Source of the DNA: an uncultured Gammaproteobacteria bacterium
GTDB lineage: Bacteria; Patescibacteriota; Microgenomatia; CAZETR01; Amesbacteraceae
Length of the DNA stretch: 64,000 nucleotides
Assembly: GCA_964518565.1 (NCBI GenBank)
Contig: CAZFGX010000001.1
Coordinates: 75,046-139,045 of the forward strand
Direction of reading: 5' to 3'
The position numbers were made by a program, and so were the translations under genes. Shown here one piece after another: positions 1 to 9,329 of this stretch (its first letter is position 1; every line of letters starts with the position of its first letter). The notes beneath the pieces are model-generated. The model was not told the origin of the DNA. It did not search any database and saw only the letters and a list, made by a program, of their open reading frames with translations.

Positions 1-2060
1 ATCACATATCCAGCTCGACCTTGAGAGATGGATCGTAGTTTTGTGGCATAGCCAGACATTTCCGCCAGTGGTACGTATGCGACGATAATCGTCAGATTGG
101 CTCGTTTATCAGTGCCCAAAATCTGGGCTCGTTTAGAAGATAGATCTCCAATCACGTCTCCCATAAAGTCATCTGGAGTAGATACTTCGACTTTCATGAC
201 CGGTTCCAAAAGACATGGATCAGCTGTCTTAGTCGTATGTTGAAACGCCATAGAACCAGCAATCTTAAAGGCCATTTCAGACGAATCCACATCGTGGTAA
301 GAACCGTCATATAGAGTGATTTTTACGTCAGTAGTTGGGAATCCAGCCACGACCCCTGTTTCCATAGCTTCTTTGATACCTTTTTCTACTGCCGGAATAA
401 ACTCTCCAGGAATAGCACCACCTTTGATAGCGTTTACCCACTCGTAGCCACCGCCACGAGGAAGTGGTTCGATACGAATATTACAATGACCATACTGTCC
501 ACGACCTCCAGATTGGCGAATGTATTTGCCTTCACCTTCAGCCAGTTTCTTGACTGTTTCTTTGTAAGCGACTTGTGGTGCTCCAGTAGTAGCTTCTACG
601 TTAAACTCTCGCTTCATACGATCTACGATAATTTCCAAATGCAGCTCACCCATACCTGAAATAATTGTTTGTCCAGTTTCAGCATTTGCTTTAATTCGGA
701 AGGTTGGATCTTCATCTCCCAATTTATTCAATGCATAACCCATTTTTTCTTGATCAGATTTAGTCTTTGGCTCAATAGCGAGTGAAATAACCGGTTCAGG
801 GAAAGAAATAGACTCCAACACAATAGGTGCCGACTTGTCACAGAGCGTGTTTCCGGTCGTTGTATCCCGCAATCCTACCAGAGCTACGATTTCTCCAGCA
901 TAAGCAATATCGATTTCTTCTCGTTTGTTTGCATGCATTAAAAGCATTCGGGAAATACGCTCTTCTTTTTGTTTTGATGCGTTCCAAATAGGTTGTCCAG
1001 CCTTCAAACTTCCAGAATAAATACGCACATATGTTAATCGGCCTACGTGTGGGTCAGTCTGAATTTTAAAGGCAAGACCTGCAAACTTTTCTTCGTTTAC
1101 TGTTTTACGTTGTACTTCCTCACCAGTGTAAGGGTCAGATCCCTTTACATGATCTACATCGGCTGGAGAAGGTAAGTATTCTACAATTGCATCCAACATT
1201 GGCTGAACCCCTTTATTACGCAAACTAGCTCCCGCATACACTGGCACCAATTTGTAGGCAATGACTGCTCGACGTAAGGCTTTTTTCAAATCCGGCACGC
1301 TTGGTTCTTCACCATTTAAGAATCGAGACAACAATTCGTCATCAGTCTCACAAATCTGTTCAATTAGCTTTGCCCGCCATTTTTCTACCACTTCAGTCAT
1401 GTCGGCGGGGATCTCCTCTTCAGTATATTTGGCTCCAGTTTCATCTCCATGCCAAATCAGTGCCTTTCTCTCCAGTAGTAGCACTACACCTCGGAAGGTA
1501 TTTTCGGCCCCGACTGGATAGGCCATCACAGCTGGATTTGCGCCGAGTCGGTCGATTACTGCTCGAACTGTACCTTCAAAATTTGCCCCCAATTTATCAT
1601 TTTTGTTAATAAAAATGATTCGTGGCACTTTATATTTATCGGCTTGTCGCCAGACAGTTTCTGTCTGAGATTGCACAGTTTCTTCAGCATCCAACACAGT
1701 CACGGCTCCATCTAATACCCGCAGACTACGTTCCACTTCAGCGGTAAAGTCTACGTGACCTGGAGTATCAATCAAGTTAATACGGAAAGATTCATTACCC
1801 ACTGGGGAATTGGGATCTTTAACAGTCCAAAATGTCGTAGTAGCAGCAGAGACGATTGTGATTCCACGTTCTTTTTCTTGTTCCATCCAATCCATTTGGG
1901 TGTCACCATCATCAATATCACCAATCTTGTAGCTCTTGCCTGTATAAAATAAAATTCGTTCAGATGTTGTGGTTTTGCCGGCATCGATGTGCGCAATAAT
2001 GCCGATATTTCGGACTTGATCCAAAGGAACGATACGATTTGTTGTTTTTACGTCAGCCAT
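1..2060 (-). CDS. fusA: Elongation factor G, 3' end truncated by the window edge. Start Met at 2058-2060.
   Basis: Reverse-strand translation from 2060 gives [42 protein letters not shown] (EF-G G-domain). Reverse translation of the first window bases gives the EF-G C-terminal motif [18 protein letters not shown]. It is absent from the ORF track because the ORF runs off the edge. Confidence 0.9.
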   Translation of the reverse strand, partial: MADVKTTNRIVPLDQVRNIGIIAHIDAGKTTTSERILFYTGKSYKIGDIDDGDTQMDWMEQEKERGITIVSAATTTFWTVKDPNSPVGNESFRINLIDTPGHVDFTAEVERSLRVLDGAVTVLDAEETVQSQTETVWRQADKYKVPRIIFINKNDKLGANFEGTVRAVIDRLGANPAVMAYPVGAENTFRGVVLLLERKALIWHGDETGAKYTEEEIPADMTEVVEKWRAKLIEQICETDDELLSRFLNGEEPSVPDLKKALRRAVIAYKLVPVYAGASLRNKGVQPMLDAIVEYLPSPADVDHVKGSDPYTGEEVQRKTVNEEKFAGLAFKIQTDPHVGRLTYVRIYSGSLKAGQPIWNASKQKEERISRMLLMHANKREEIDIAYAGEIVALVGLRDTTTGNTLCDKSAPIVLESISFPEPVISLAIEPKTKSDQEKMGYALNKLGDEDPTFRIKANAETGQTIISGMGELHLEIIVDRMKREFNVEATTGAPQVAYKETVKKLAEGEGKYIRQSGGRGQYGHCNIRIEPLPRGGGYEWVNAIKGGAIPGEFIPAVEKGIKEAMETGVVAGFPTTDVKITLYDGSYHDVDSSEMAFKIAGSMAFQHTTKTADPCLLEPVMKVEVSTPDDFMGDVIGDLSSKRAQILGTDKRANLTIIVAYVPLAEMSGYATKLRSISQGRAGYV

Positions 2061-2088
2061 AAGTCAAAGAATTCTACCACAACCTCAA

Positions 2089-4626
2089 TTATTTCCACAG
2101 GTTCAAAAAACTCTTACTGTAAAGGGCCGCTCCAAACCATAACCAGTTTTGTTCATAGTAGTTCGTTGATTGTTTTAGACCGTCTCCATCAAAATATTCC
2201 CGGTACACTTGCCCAGCCAGCAACGGGTCAGTTTCGGAAAAAACGGCCAATGGGCCTGTCAGGGTAGATAGGGTAGAGTAGGGCACCTGCTCTCTGCCAG
2301 ACAAGTCATACTCCGCTACTACTCGTTTACCATTGTGCCATGTCGATCCAAAAAAACTCTGCATTACTTCAGTCAATTCAGATTTAGCTCGATCATCACC
2401 GAACCATTGTGCATCTATAGCTATACGAAAATACGCCCGAAATGCATCAAAGCCATACAGGTCAGCGCCCGATCCCATAAATCTCGACCCACTATAAAAT
2501 TGTCCAGTTTTTTTATCTATCCACAACCAATTAGGCATCAGTCCCACTGGCGACAGTGTTCGAATACGCCCATACGTCTCATATGTATCATCTACCAACT
2601 GCATCCACGGATGACCAGGATCTATTTGACTAAAAATCTTGTAATACGCTGGCGAGAAGTAAGATGGATTGATCAGATACCCATTTTCTCGGGCTAAGTC
2701 CGGCCCTGCGATCAAATAATACTTCCCCTGTATCAGTACAACTTCTCGTTTCCAGATATCAGAAGTTATTGTTTTTGCCGCCGTCAAATATGCTGGGTTG
2801 TTCCAACGCTTACTGGCAAATGCCAATGCAATTGCCGTGTCCAAATCAGCGTCACTTGCTGCGGCGGAATCTTTTAGTTGATTATCTTTCCATAGCCACG
2901 ACAACAATTTATCCGAATCACGAAATTGCATATGGTCTCGAGTCCATTGCCAGACGCCATCAAATGTCGCCTGGTCGTTCATCTGTACCGCTCGCAACAT
3001 GGCGTACGCCTGGCCTTCAGAAGTAGTTTGTTCGCTTTGTGGGTCAATAATTTGTCCGTAAGAATGAATAAAGCTGGATTTATAAAAATTCCACGAGTCT
3101 GTCAGCTGAATTTGTTCATCGCTGCGAACCTTATAAATCGCCATCCAATCCCCATTGGCGGAAATATGGCGCTCTACATTGACATAGGTGGTTGTATCCA
3201 TGCCCCATTGAGTAACCAGATCAGCGTGAGACAACGCGAGTTCTATTGTCGGAGCGTTGAGTTCGCCAATCTGTTTCAACATTTCATGACTCAAAACAAT
3301 GTAATCGATGGATCGCCAATCCCCCTGCAATTTTTTTTCAAACACATCTCGGTCTCGCGCCACCTTCCAAAACCAATCCGCATTCGCAAATGTGGGCTCG
3401 TCTGGATGTTTGCCATACCACAAGTCATCTAAGATCGACGCATCAATTGCCATATGTGAATCTTCTGGCAACGTTTGCTTAATATAATTCACCGCCTGAC
3501 GATATGGCTCGTTCTCATTTTTGTAGTAATGCTTTACTCCCATCAGTAAAAACGCCACCATGACAATACCCAACACAACTGCCCAATGCAGTTTTTTCAC
3601 CACCTGTTGCACAACCAACCCAAAACACCACCCCGCAAACGGAAATATCGGCACGATATAAAAATCAATCACTAAGGCATTGCGCAATAAGAAAAAACCA
3701 AATCCAGCAGCCAGCAGTGCTGGCAACCGAAATGTCTTATTCCATAATGCCAGTCCACTTGCTGCCAAAATACTCACTATTCCTCCCCACACCACAATCA
3801 CATCCCGGCTCACCCATGTTCGCCACGCCATTCGAAATAGACTATCTGGATGCCAAAAGGGGACATGTACTCCTCGTCCCAATTGTTGCATCAAACTACC
3901 AAGTAAGCTCACTCGATCTCGGCTATCACCTAGCCACCCCACTGGCAATAGTTCCGTCTTTAGCGCCCCGTACAAAAAATAGCTACCTACTACCATTCCT
4001 ACAATACTCAACCACAGTCCTATTCCCATCACTCGATGTCGTCTATCTAGTTGCCACAATAAATACACCATTCCAGGTAAAAAAAAGATAACCACTTCTT
4101 TAGTCAAGGCCGCAATCCCAAAACACACCGCCGACAACATAACATGTCGCAATGTTTTTTTACCCAAGTACAACCAACTAATAGCCGCCAACAACCAAAA
4201 CACCATAATATTGTCCAAAAGTACTCGTCGATGGTAATAAATTGCCAATGGCGAAATCGAAAAAAACACTACCGCCAATACCGCTGCCAAATGCCGCTGG
4301 CTGTGTTTGCGTACCAGCCAAAACAGCATCAACGAAGAAGCAATATGCAACACCAACATAAATACCCGACCAGTATCTACCGACATCCCAAATGTAAATA
4401 GCCCGCCAGTGGCCTTGATCCACCCAGCCAAAAAGATCCACCCAGCCGGCGCATGATCATACCAATAGGTATAAGGCGCCAATTTTCCCTGGCTCAGTAG
4501 TGACCACGCCTGTGAAATATATGTCCCTTCATCGTTTTCATAATACGGATAGTTGCGCATATTAAACCCATGCGCGACTGCCGCAATTACAAGAGCGACC
4601 AAGCAGATTTTCCAAGTCCTAGTCAT
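2089..4626 (-). CDS. 845-aa fusion protein. N-terminal polytopic GT-C fold glycosyltransferase domain (PMT/ArnT, GT39/83-like) with a loop-1 DE motif. C-terminal glycoside hydrolase family 8 (BcsZ-like endoglucanase) domain.
   Basis: N-terminus has many TM helices and the motif YYENDEGTYISQAWSL. C-terminal half has TSEGQAYAMLRAVQMNDQATFDGVWQWTRDHMQ and ASDADLDTAIALAFASKRW, a near match to the GH8 signature A-[ST]-D-[AG]-D-x2-[IM]-A. Confidence 0.6.
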   Translation of the reverse strand: MTRTWKICLVALVIAAVAHGFNMRNYPYYENDEGTYISQAWSLLSQGKLAPYTYWYDHAPAGWIFLAGWIKATGGLFTFGMSVDTGRVFMLVLHIASSLMLFWLVRKHSQRHLAAVLAVVFFSISPLAIYYHRRVLLDNIMVFWLLAAISWLYLGKKTLRHVMLSAVCFGIAALTKEVVIFFLPGMVYLLWQLDRRHRVMGIGLWLSIVGMVVGSYFLYGALKTELLPVGWLGDSRDRVSLLGSLMQQLGRGVHVPFWHPDSLFRMAWRTWVSRDVIVVWGGIVSILAASGLALWNKTFRLPALLAAGFGFFLLRNALVIDFYIVPIFPFAGWCFGLVVQQVVKKLHWAVVLGIVMVAFLLMGVKHYYKNENEPYRQAVNYIKQTLPEDSHMAIDASILDDLWYGKHPDEPTFANADWFWKVARDRDVFEKKLQGDWRSIDYIVLSHEMLKQIGELNAPTIELALSHADLVTQWGMDTTTYVNVERHISANGDWMAIYKVRSDEQIQLTDSWNFYKSSFIHSYGQIIDPQSEQTTSEGQAYAMLRAVQMNDQATFDGVWQWTRDHMQFRDSDKLLSWLWKDNQLKDSAAASDADLDTAIALAFASKRWNNPAYLTAAKTITSDIWKREVVLIQGKYYLIAGPDLARENGYLINPSYFSPAYYKIFSQIDPGHPWMQLVDDTYETYGRIRTLSPVGLMPNWLWIDKKTGQFYSGSRFMGSGADLYGFDAFRAYFRIAIDAQWFGDDRAKSELTEVMQSFFGSTWHNGKRVVAEYDLSGREQVPYSTLSTLTGPLAVFSETDPLLAGQVYREYFDGDGLKQSTNYYEQNWLWFGAALYSKSFLNLWK

Positions 4627-4627
4627 C

Positions 4628-6034
4628 TTATATTGTCAGGGGAACCTGACGATGTAAATTGTAATGGGTTGTCTTCTCCCATGCTAGATTGCGACTCAAA
4701 AATCTCACCCAGGCTCGAATGCCTGCAAACGCCAATATACATATATAAGGTAAGTAAGCCACAGTTATTTGCACAGGCATCCAGATGGGATATCCCAATC
4801 GAAAATCTCGACTAAATTGCCAAACTGCAATCTGAGTGACCACAAACTGTAATCCCAAAATTGCCAGTGGCAAAAACGACAACATGGCGACTGTCATCGG
4901 TAGGTGGTACAAGATTCCCACCATTGTCATAAATGGAGTCAAAAATAACAATCCCGCCAAGACCAATGGCAAAATGAGCAAATACCCTCCCAAGAATCGT
5001 TGCTTCCAAATCGGAAATCTCCACCAATCACCCTTACGCAGTATTTGTAAAAATCCTGTATTCCATCGAGTTCGTTGTTTAATAAACGACGCCACGTCAA
5101 TCGGTGTTTCTTCTTGAGTGGCATACGCTTCATGGTACACCACACTGGTTTTCGCCCCATGCAAACTCATTCGAATTCCAATATCCCCGTCTTCAGTCAA
5201 ACATGTCTCATCCCACCCACCGACCTCCAGTAGTCGTTCTCGTTTGAAAAATACCGTATTTCCACCCAATGGCACCACTCCTCGCTTTACAAACCAAGGC
5301 AAAATAGACTTAAACCAAAAATAATATTCCAGACAGTTTAACGCCGAAAACCATCGCGATCGATAATTCACCAGTTGCACTCCACCTTGCACTACATCAG
5401 CACTGTCTCGCACCATGGTAGCTTGTACCATGTGGTAAATATCCCGGTGTGGCTGGTCTTCTGCGTCAAATACCACCACCACATCGCCCTTTGCTGCTCG
5501 CAGCCCCCAATTCAGTTGGTTAGGTTTGTTTACAGGTAAATCATCTACCACTAGTACATGTACCCGCGACAATTGATCTGCCATTTGCTGCGCTGCCGCA
5601 ATAGTCTCTGTGTCATCCGAACGGACAATTACGATCAATTCTTTCAATTGATCTGGATAATCAATTGCGGCAATCGCCGTAATAGTTTGCCCAATCACAG
5701 CGGCCTCATGTCGTACTGGTAACAAAGCCGTAAATGATAGCTGTGCCGGTACAAAATCTGCCAATTCCGTTTCTTTCGGTTCATTCCAAGCATGCAGTGT
5801 CCAACCCAAAAACACCAGCGCCTGAATCGCCATAGCCAAGTAAAACACTGCCAGTCCTCCCACAATCAGCTGACTCACAGTTACCAGCGACCAATCAATC
5901 TGTCCACCACGCCACACCAGCCATCCCAAAAGAATAGCTGCAATCAAATAAGGAAACCGCAAATATTTTTTCATAAAAAAATAATTCATCGAAGAAAAAA
6001 GTTGGGGTTGGGAGCACGTTGCCCCCAACCCCAA
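4628..6034 (-). CDS. Processive family-2 glycosyltransferase (BcsA/PgaC/NodC-like polysaccharide synthase), membrane-embedded.
   Basis: 468 aa with TM helices at both ends. Motifs DDTETIAAAQ, VVVFDAEDQ (DxD), CLTEDGDIGIRM (TED) and QRTRWNTGF (QxxRW). Confidence 0.7.
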   Translation of the reverse strand: MGLGATCSQPQLFSSMNYFFMKKYLRFPYLIAAILLGWLVWRGGQIDWSLVTVSQLIVGGLAVFYLAMAIQALVFLGWTLHAWNEPKETELADFVPAQLSFTALLPVRHEAAVIGQTITAIAAIDYPDQLKELIVIVRSDDTETIAAAQQMADQLSRVHVLVVDDLPVNKPNQLNWGLRAAKGDVVVVFDAEDQPHRDIYHMVQATMVRDSADVVQGGVQLVNYRSRWFSALNCLEYYFWFKSILPWFVKRGVVPLGGNTVFFKRERLLEVGGWDETCLTEDGDIGIRMSLHGAKTSVVYHEAYATQEETPIDVASFIKQRTRWNTGFLQILRKGDWWRFPIWKQRFLGGYLLILPLVLAGLLFLTPFMTMVGILYHLPMTVAMLSFLPLAILGLQFVVTQIAVWQFSRDFRLGYPIWMPVQITVAYLPYICILAFAGIRAWVRFLSRNLAWEKTTHYNLHRQVPLTI

Positions 6035-6039
6035 AAAAA

Positions 6040-7320
6040 CTAACGTATTACCATCGGCACAAACAGTCCGTATTTGAACTGTAAGCCAACGGAAATGCTT
6101 TGCGTAGACTCTGTCAACACAGTAGTGGTTCCTAGTTCATCCACTGTGCTATCACCGCCCACCACAAACTTGTATCCATCTGGCGCGCTCACCGTCACCG
6201 TGTAAGGGTTCTCGGGGCATCCCAGCGCAGTGCAATCAATCTGTTTAAACTGCGTATTGATATACCCCTGATCCACAGTCGTCGTGGTAAATGCGAAAGT
6301 CGAACTGACGTTGACCGTCACCGTGATGCCATCTGGCCCCACCGTATGATCATTGTTCAATCCGTCCCGATTCGTATCGATCCACAACCGACCATAGATA
6401 GTCGTGGTTTGTTCCAGTGTCGGAGAAATCGCGGTTTCAATCCAACCGATATTGGTCCAGTCATTAAATGCTGGTCCAAATCGACTCGAATAGTTATCCA
6501 GATTCACTTCCAATGCGCCAGTCAAAATCACCCCTGCGGATAGTTCTTGATCTTGACCATCATGCGCCAAGATCATCCAGCCGTTACTAAGGCCAGACAC
6601 ATATGTCACATCGTGGCTTGGATCCCAGCCGAGCGCATCCTTTTCCAAAGGGAGTCGAAATCCTGAAAACGTCTTGGCTCCCAGATCAACCGTTTCCAAC
6701 ACATACGGCGTCCCGCTGACCACATTAGTCAAGGTCATGCCATATGTATTAGCCACCAGTTGGATTACTCCACCTGGCGCTTTGATATCCAGAGCTGGAC
6801 TATGCTCCATCAATGTCAGGTGTAGATCGCATTGCTGCTGCATCCACACGCTATCAATGAAGTCATTCCATGCCCCAAACTGAAAACGTGGAACACCAAG
6901 GGTATCCAACTCGACCGTAAAAAAGTCCGTCGGTCGAATCGAGAAAAACGCCTTGCCGCCATCGCGGCTACCAGCAAACATTGTCAAACACGAGGTTCGC
7001 CCCTCAATGTAGGAAATACTTGTGGTAATTGGTGCACTCCATTGTGCTGGCGTCGTGCCTGGTAGTTGCACGCCTCGAAAGCTCATTAGTGGCAATTTTT
7101 CTACCGCCACACTCGGTGCCAACTGCGTATCAGTCAACACGTTCGACACCCGAAAGCCATCCGAGTCTGCATGAATTCCAAGGATGTATCCTCGGTTTAA
7201 TCCATGCTGATACAGACCCACGTCTGTGTACGCATACTGCAAGACTGGCTCGGCTGCCCGTACAGGCATAAACGAAAACAGACTCAACAAAACAGCCATG
7301 AATACACTTGCAAACCGCAT
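6040..7320 (-). CDS. Secreted protein of unknown function with an N-terminal signal peptide. First gene of the polysaccharide locus.
   Basis: Start chosen at MRFASVFMAVLLSLFSFMPVRAAEP. GGAGG lies 5 nt upstream on the - strand. There is a C-terminal Asp/Thr-rich segment (DTNRDGLNNDHTVGPDGITVT). The track ORF extends 11 codons further upstream (to 7353). Confidence 0.5.
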   Translation of the reverse strand: MRFASVFMAVLLSLFSFMPVRAAEPVLQYAYTDVGLYQHGLNRGYILGIHADSDGFRVSNVLTDTQLAPSVAVEKLPLMSFRGVQLPGTTPAQWSAPITTSISYIEGRTSCLTMFAGSRDGGKAFFSIRPTDFFTVELDTLGVPRFQFGAWNDFIDSVWMQQQCDLHLTLMEHSPALDIKAPGGVIQLVANTYGMTLTNVVSGTPYVLETVDLGAKTFSGFRLPLEKDALGWDPSHDVTYVSGLSNGWMILAHDGQDQELSAGVILTGALEVNLDNYSSRFGPAFNDWTNIGWIETAISPTLEQTTTIYGRLWIDTNRDGLNNDHTVGPDGITVTVNVSSTFAFTTTTVDQGYINTQFKQIDCTALGCPENPYTVTVSAPDGYKFVVGGDSTVDELGTTTVLTESTQSISVGLQFKYGLFVPMVIR

Positions 7321-7493
7321 ATCGCCTCCAAAAATGAATGAATGAAAAACCATTAATACGTCGCAATATGTGCTACTTTGTACTTCGATGAATTGTTAAG
7401 GAACCTCTCAAATTATCCCATAAAATAGCAAGAAAATCAACACTATAGGATATAGACGCCTTAGCACTCATAGAGTAGAATTGCCAATATACT

Positions 7494-8366
7494 ATGGCTG
7501 CAAAACGCGATTACTATGACGTCTTAGGTGTGCCCAAAACAGCTTCAGCTCAAGAACTAAAGTCCGCTTATCGAAAATTAGCGCTGGAATGGCACCCCGA
7601 TCGCAACAAATCTCCTGAAGCCGAGGCCAAATTCAAAGAAATAAACGAAGCCTATCAAGTCCTCTCAGATGCCAAGAAAAAAGCTTCCTACGATCAATTT
7701 GGCCATGCCGCCTTCGATCCTTCATCTGGCGGTCCAGGTGGCTTTGGTGGCCGCCAAGGTCCGTTCCAATATTCTTATTCCACCAGCGGTGGCGGCAACC
7801 CCTTCGGTAATATGGATTTTGGTGGCTTTGGTGACCCATTTGAGATTTTTGAACAGTTTTTTGGCGGTGGCGGCAACCCCTTCGGTCGCTCTGCTCCACG
7901 AAAAGCCCACTATTCACTCAAAATTCCATTCATGACCGCCATCAAGGGTGGTGAGGAAGAAGTCAAAATCGATGGCAAATCTCACAAAATCAAAATTCCC
8001 GCCGGTGCAGATACTGGGACCCATCTGCGGTTCAAAGATTTTGATATCACCTTTGAAGTCGAAGAACATGCCAAGTTTCGCCGCGAAGGTGCCGACATCT
8101 ATCTGGATCAGCCCATTCCATACACCTTAGCTATTCTCGGTGGCGAGACCACTATTCCGACGCTAGAAGGTGATCTAAAAATCAAAATTCGTTCTGGTAC
8201 TCAACCAGGCACCCTCGTTCGTCTGACTGGCAAAGGCATCACGCGTCTGAACTCCTTTTCTCGCGAGAGTCGGGGAGACTTCTACATTCGTCTAGTAGTC
8301 ACTATTCCTGAATCTGTATCCAAAAAACACCGCCAACTCTTAGAAGAGTTAGCTAAAACCGGTTAA
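7494..8366 (+). CDS. DnaJ-like co-chaperone (CbpA/class II type): J domain, Gly/Phe-rich region and C-terminal substrate-binding domain, with no CxxCxGxG zinc finger.
   Basis: [34 protein letters not shown] (HPD motif). A GGFGG/GNPFG-rich linker. No Cys repeats. Confidence 0.75.
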   Translation: MAAKRDYYDVLGVPKTASAQELKSAYRKLALEWHPDRNKSPEAEAKFKEINEAYQVLSDAKKKASYDQFGHAAFDPSSGGPGGFGGRQGPFQYSYSTSGGGNPFGNMDFGGFGDPFEIFEQFFGGGGNPFGRSAPRKAHYSLKIPFMTAIKGGEEEVKIDGKSHKIKIPAGADTGTHLRFKDFDITFEVEEHAKFRREGADIYLDQPIPYTLAILGGETTIPTLEGDLKIKIRSGTQPGTLVRLTGKGITRLNSFSRESRGDFYIRLVVTIPESVSKKHRQLLEELAKTG

Positions 8367-8498
8367 ATAATCTTGAATAAATTTTTTTGTTCTCTGCGTT
8401 TCTAAATCATAATTTTGGTCGCTCAAAACCAGACAAAATCCAGCCAACTGACTAGCCTCTTCACCTTTTTCCAACTTTAATAGAATCAAATGTAAACA

Positions 8499-9293
8499 TT
8501 ATTGTTTCTCAATAAATTTAATCAAATCATTTAGTTTATTCTTCTGAAGATCTAAACATTCCACAAAATATTTTTGTGTCATAAACGATGTTGGGTCAAA
8601 TAATGCCGAGATATTATTTTTATCAATTTCGAGCCATAACTTCATCAGTTCTGAATAAATAGCCGATAAATCCTCCGAACGCTTTCCAGAAAAACACTCC
8701 TGACTAACGCGTTCTAATCTTAAGCTCGTATCTCCTGGAAAAAACTCCACAAAGCCATCCATAAATAGTTCCGCCCCCTGAGCAAACCCCACATTCCCAA
8801 CACACTTTAAAGATGTTTCAATCAAGGCAAGCAGTCGTGAGACAAATGCCGAATAATTTGTATCGCGATCTTCACAATGTAGTCTTTTTTCAAACAAAAA
8901 TTGCTTTGTATTTCTATGTCTTTCACAAAAGTCATGCAGTTCCAGTAAGAGGTCTTGTTTAAATTTTTCTGCTTTCTCTGGATAGGTATCAAGATAATAG
9001 GGAATATCCGCCAATCGTTCACAGACATCTGCTAGGTCTGAATATAACTGCTTGCTACCATTTTTATTAACAAGGCTAAGTGAAATATAGTGCCCTGCAT
9101 CAATCAAATCATCAAAATCACACATCTCAGTAAAGTATTGATCAGCCACAAAAATTAGCAGTTCTACTTTCCGGTCATAGGACAAATTTTTCACATCCGA
9201 ATCAGTTCCAAACCGTTGCAAATAGAGATCGATCCCAGACAAGTGAGGGTTCTTGGAGGTGTTTTTATGGTCCATATTCCACAAATTATACAA
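8499..9293 (-). CDS. Hypothetical 264-aa cytoplasmic protein. Downstream partner of the zinc-ribbon repeat protein. No recognisable family.
   Basis: Long ORF with no signal peptide or TM segment. It lies 36 nt downstream of 9330-10112 on the same strand. By eye it is AT-rich compared with its neighbours. Confidence 0.5.
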   Translation of the reverse strand: MYNLWNMDHKNTSKNPHLSGIDLYLQRFGTDSDVKNLSYDRKVELLIFVADQYFTEMCDFDDLIDAGHYISLSLVNKNGSKQLYSDLADVCERLADIPYYLDTYPEKAEKFKQDLLLELHDFCERHRNTKQFLFEKRLHCEDRDTNYSAFVSRLLALIETSLKCVGNVGFAQGAELFMDGFVEFFPGDTSLRLERVSQECFSGKRSEDLSAIYSELMKLWLEIDKNNISALFDPTSFMTQKYFVECLDLQKNKLNDLIKFIEKQ

Positions 9294-9329
9294 AAAAGCC
9301 CAACAGTTTCCTGTTGGGCGGCTATTTTT

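Noticed and set aside
1261-2267. Short track ORFs inside or antisense to fusA (1261-1521, 1301-1609, 1755-1952, 1772-1996, 1989-2267).
   Set aside because: The minus strand here encodes an uninterrupted, clearly recognisable EF-G. The listed ORFs are shadow/antisense ORFs with low-complexity translations.
7354-7493. Sigma-70 promoter call for the DnaJ-like gene (TATACT immediately 5' of the ATG, TAGAAT at 7474-7479).
   Set aside because: Candidate -10 boxes exist but no convincing -35 at proper spacing. Too ambiguous to annotate.
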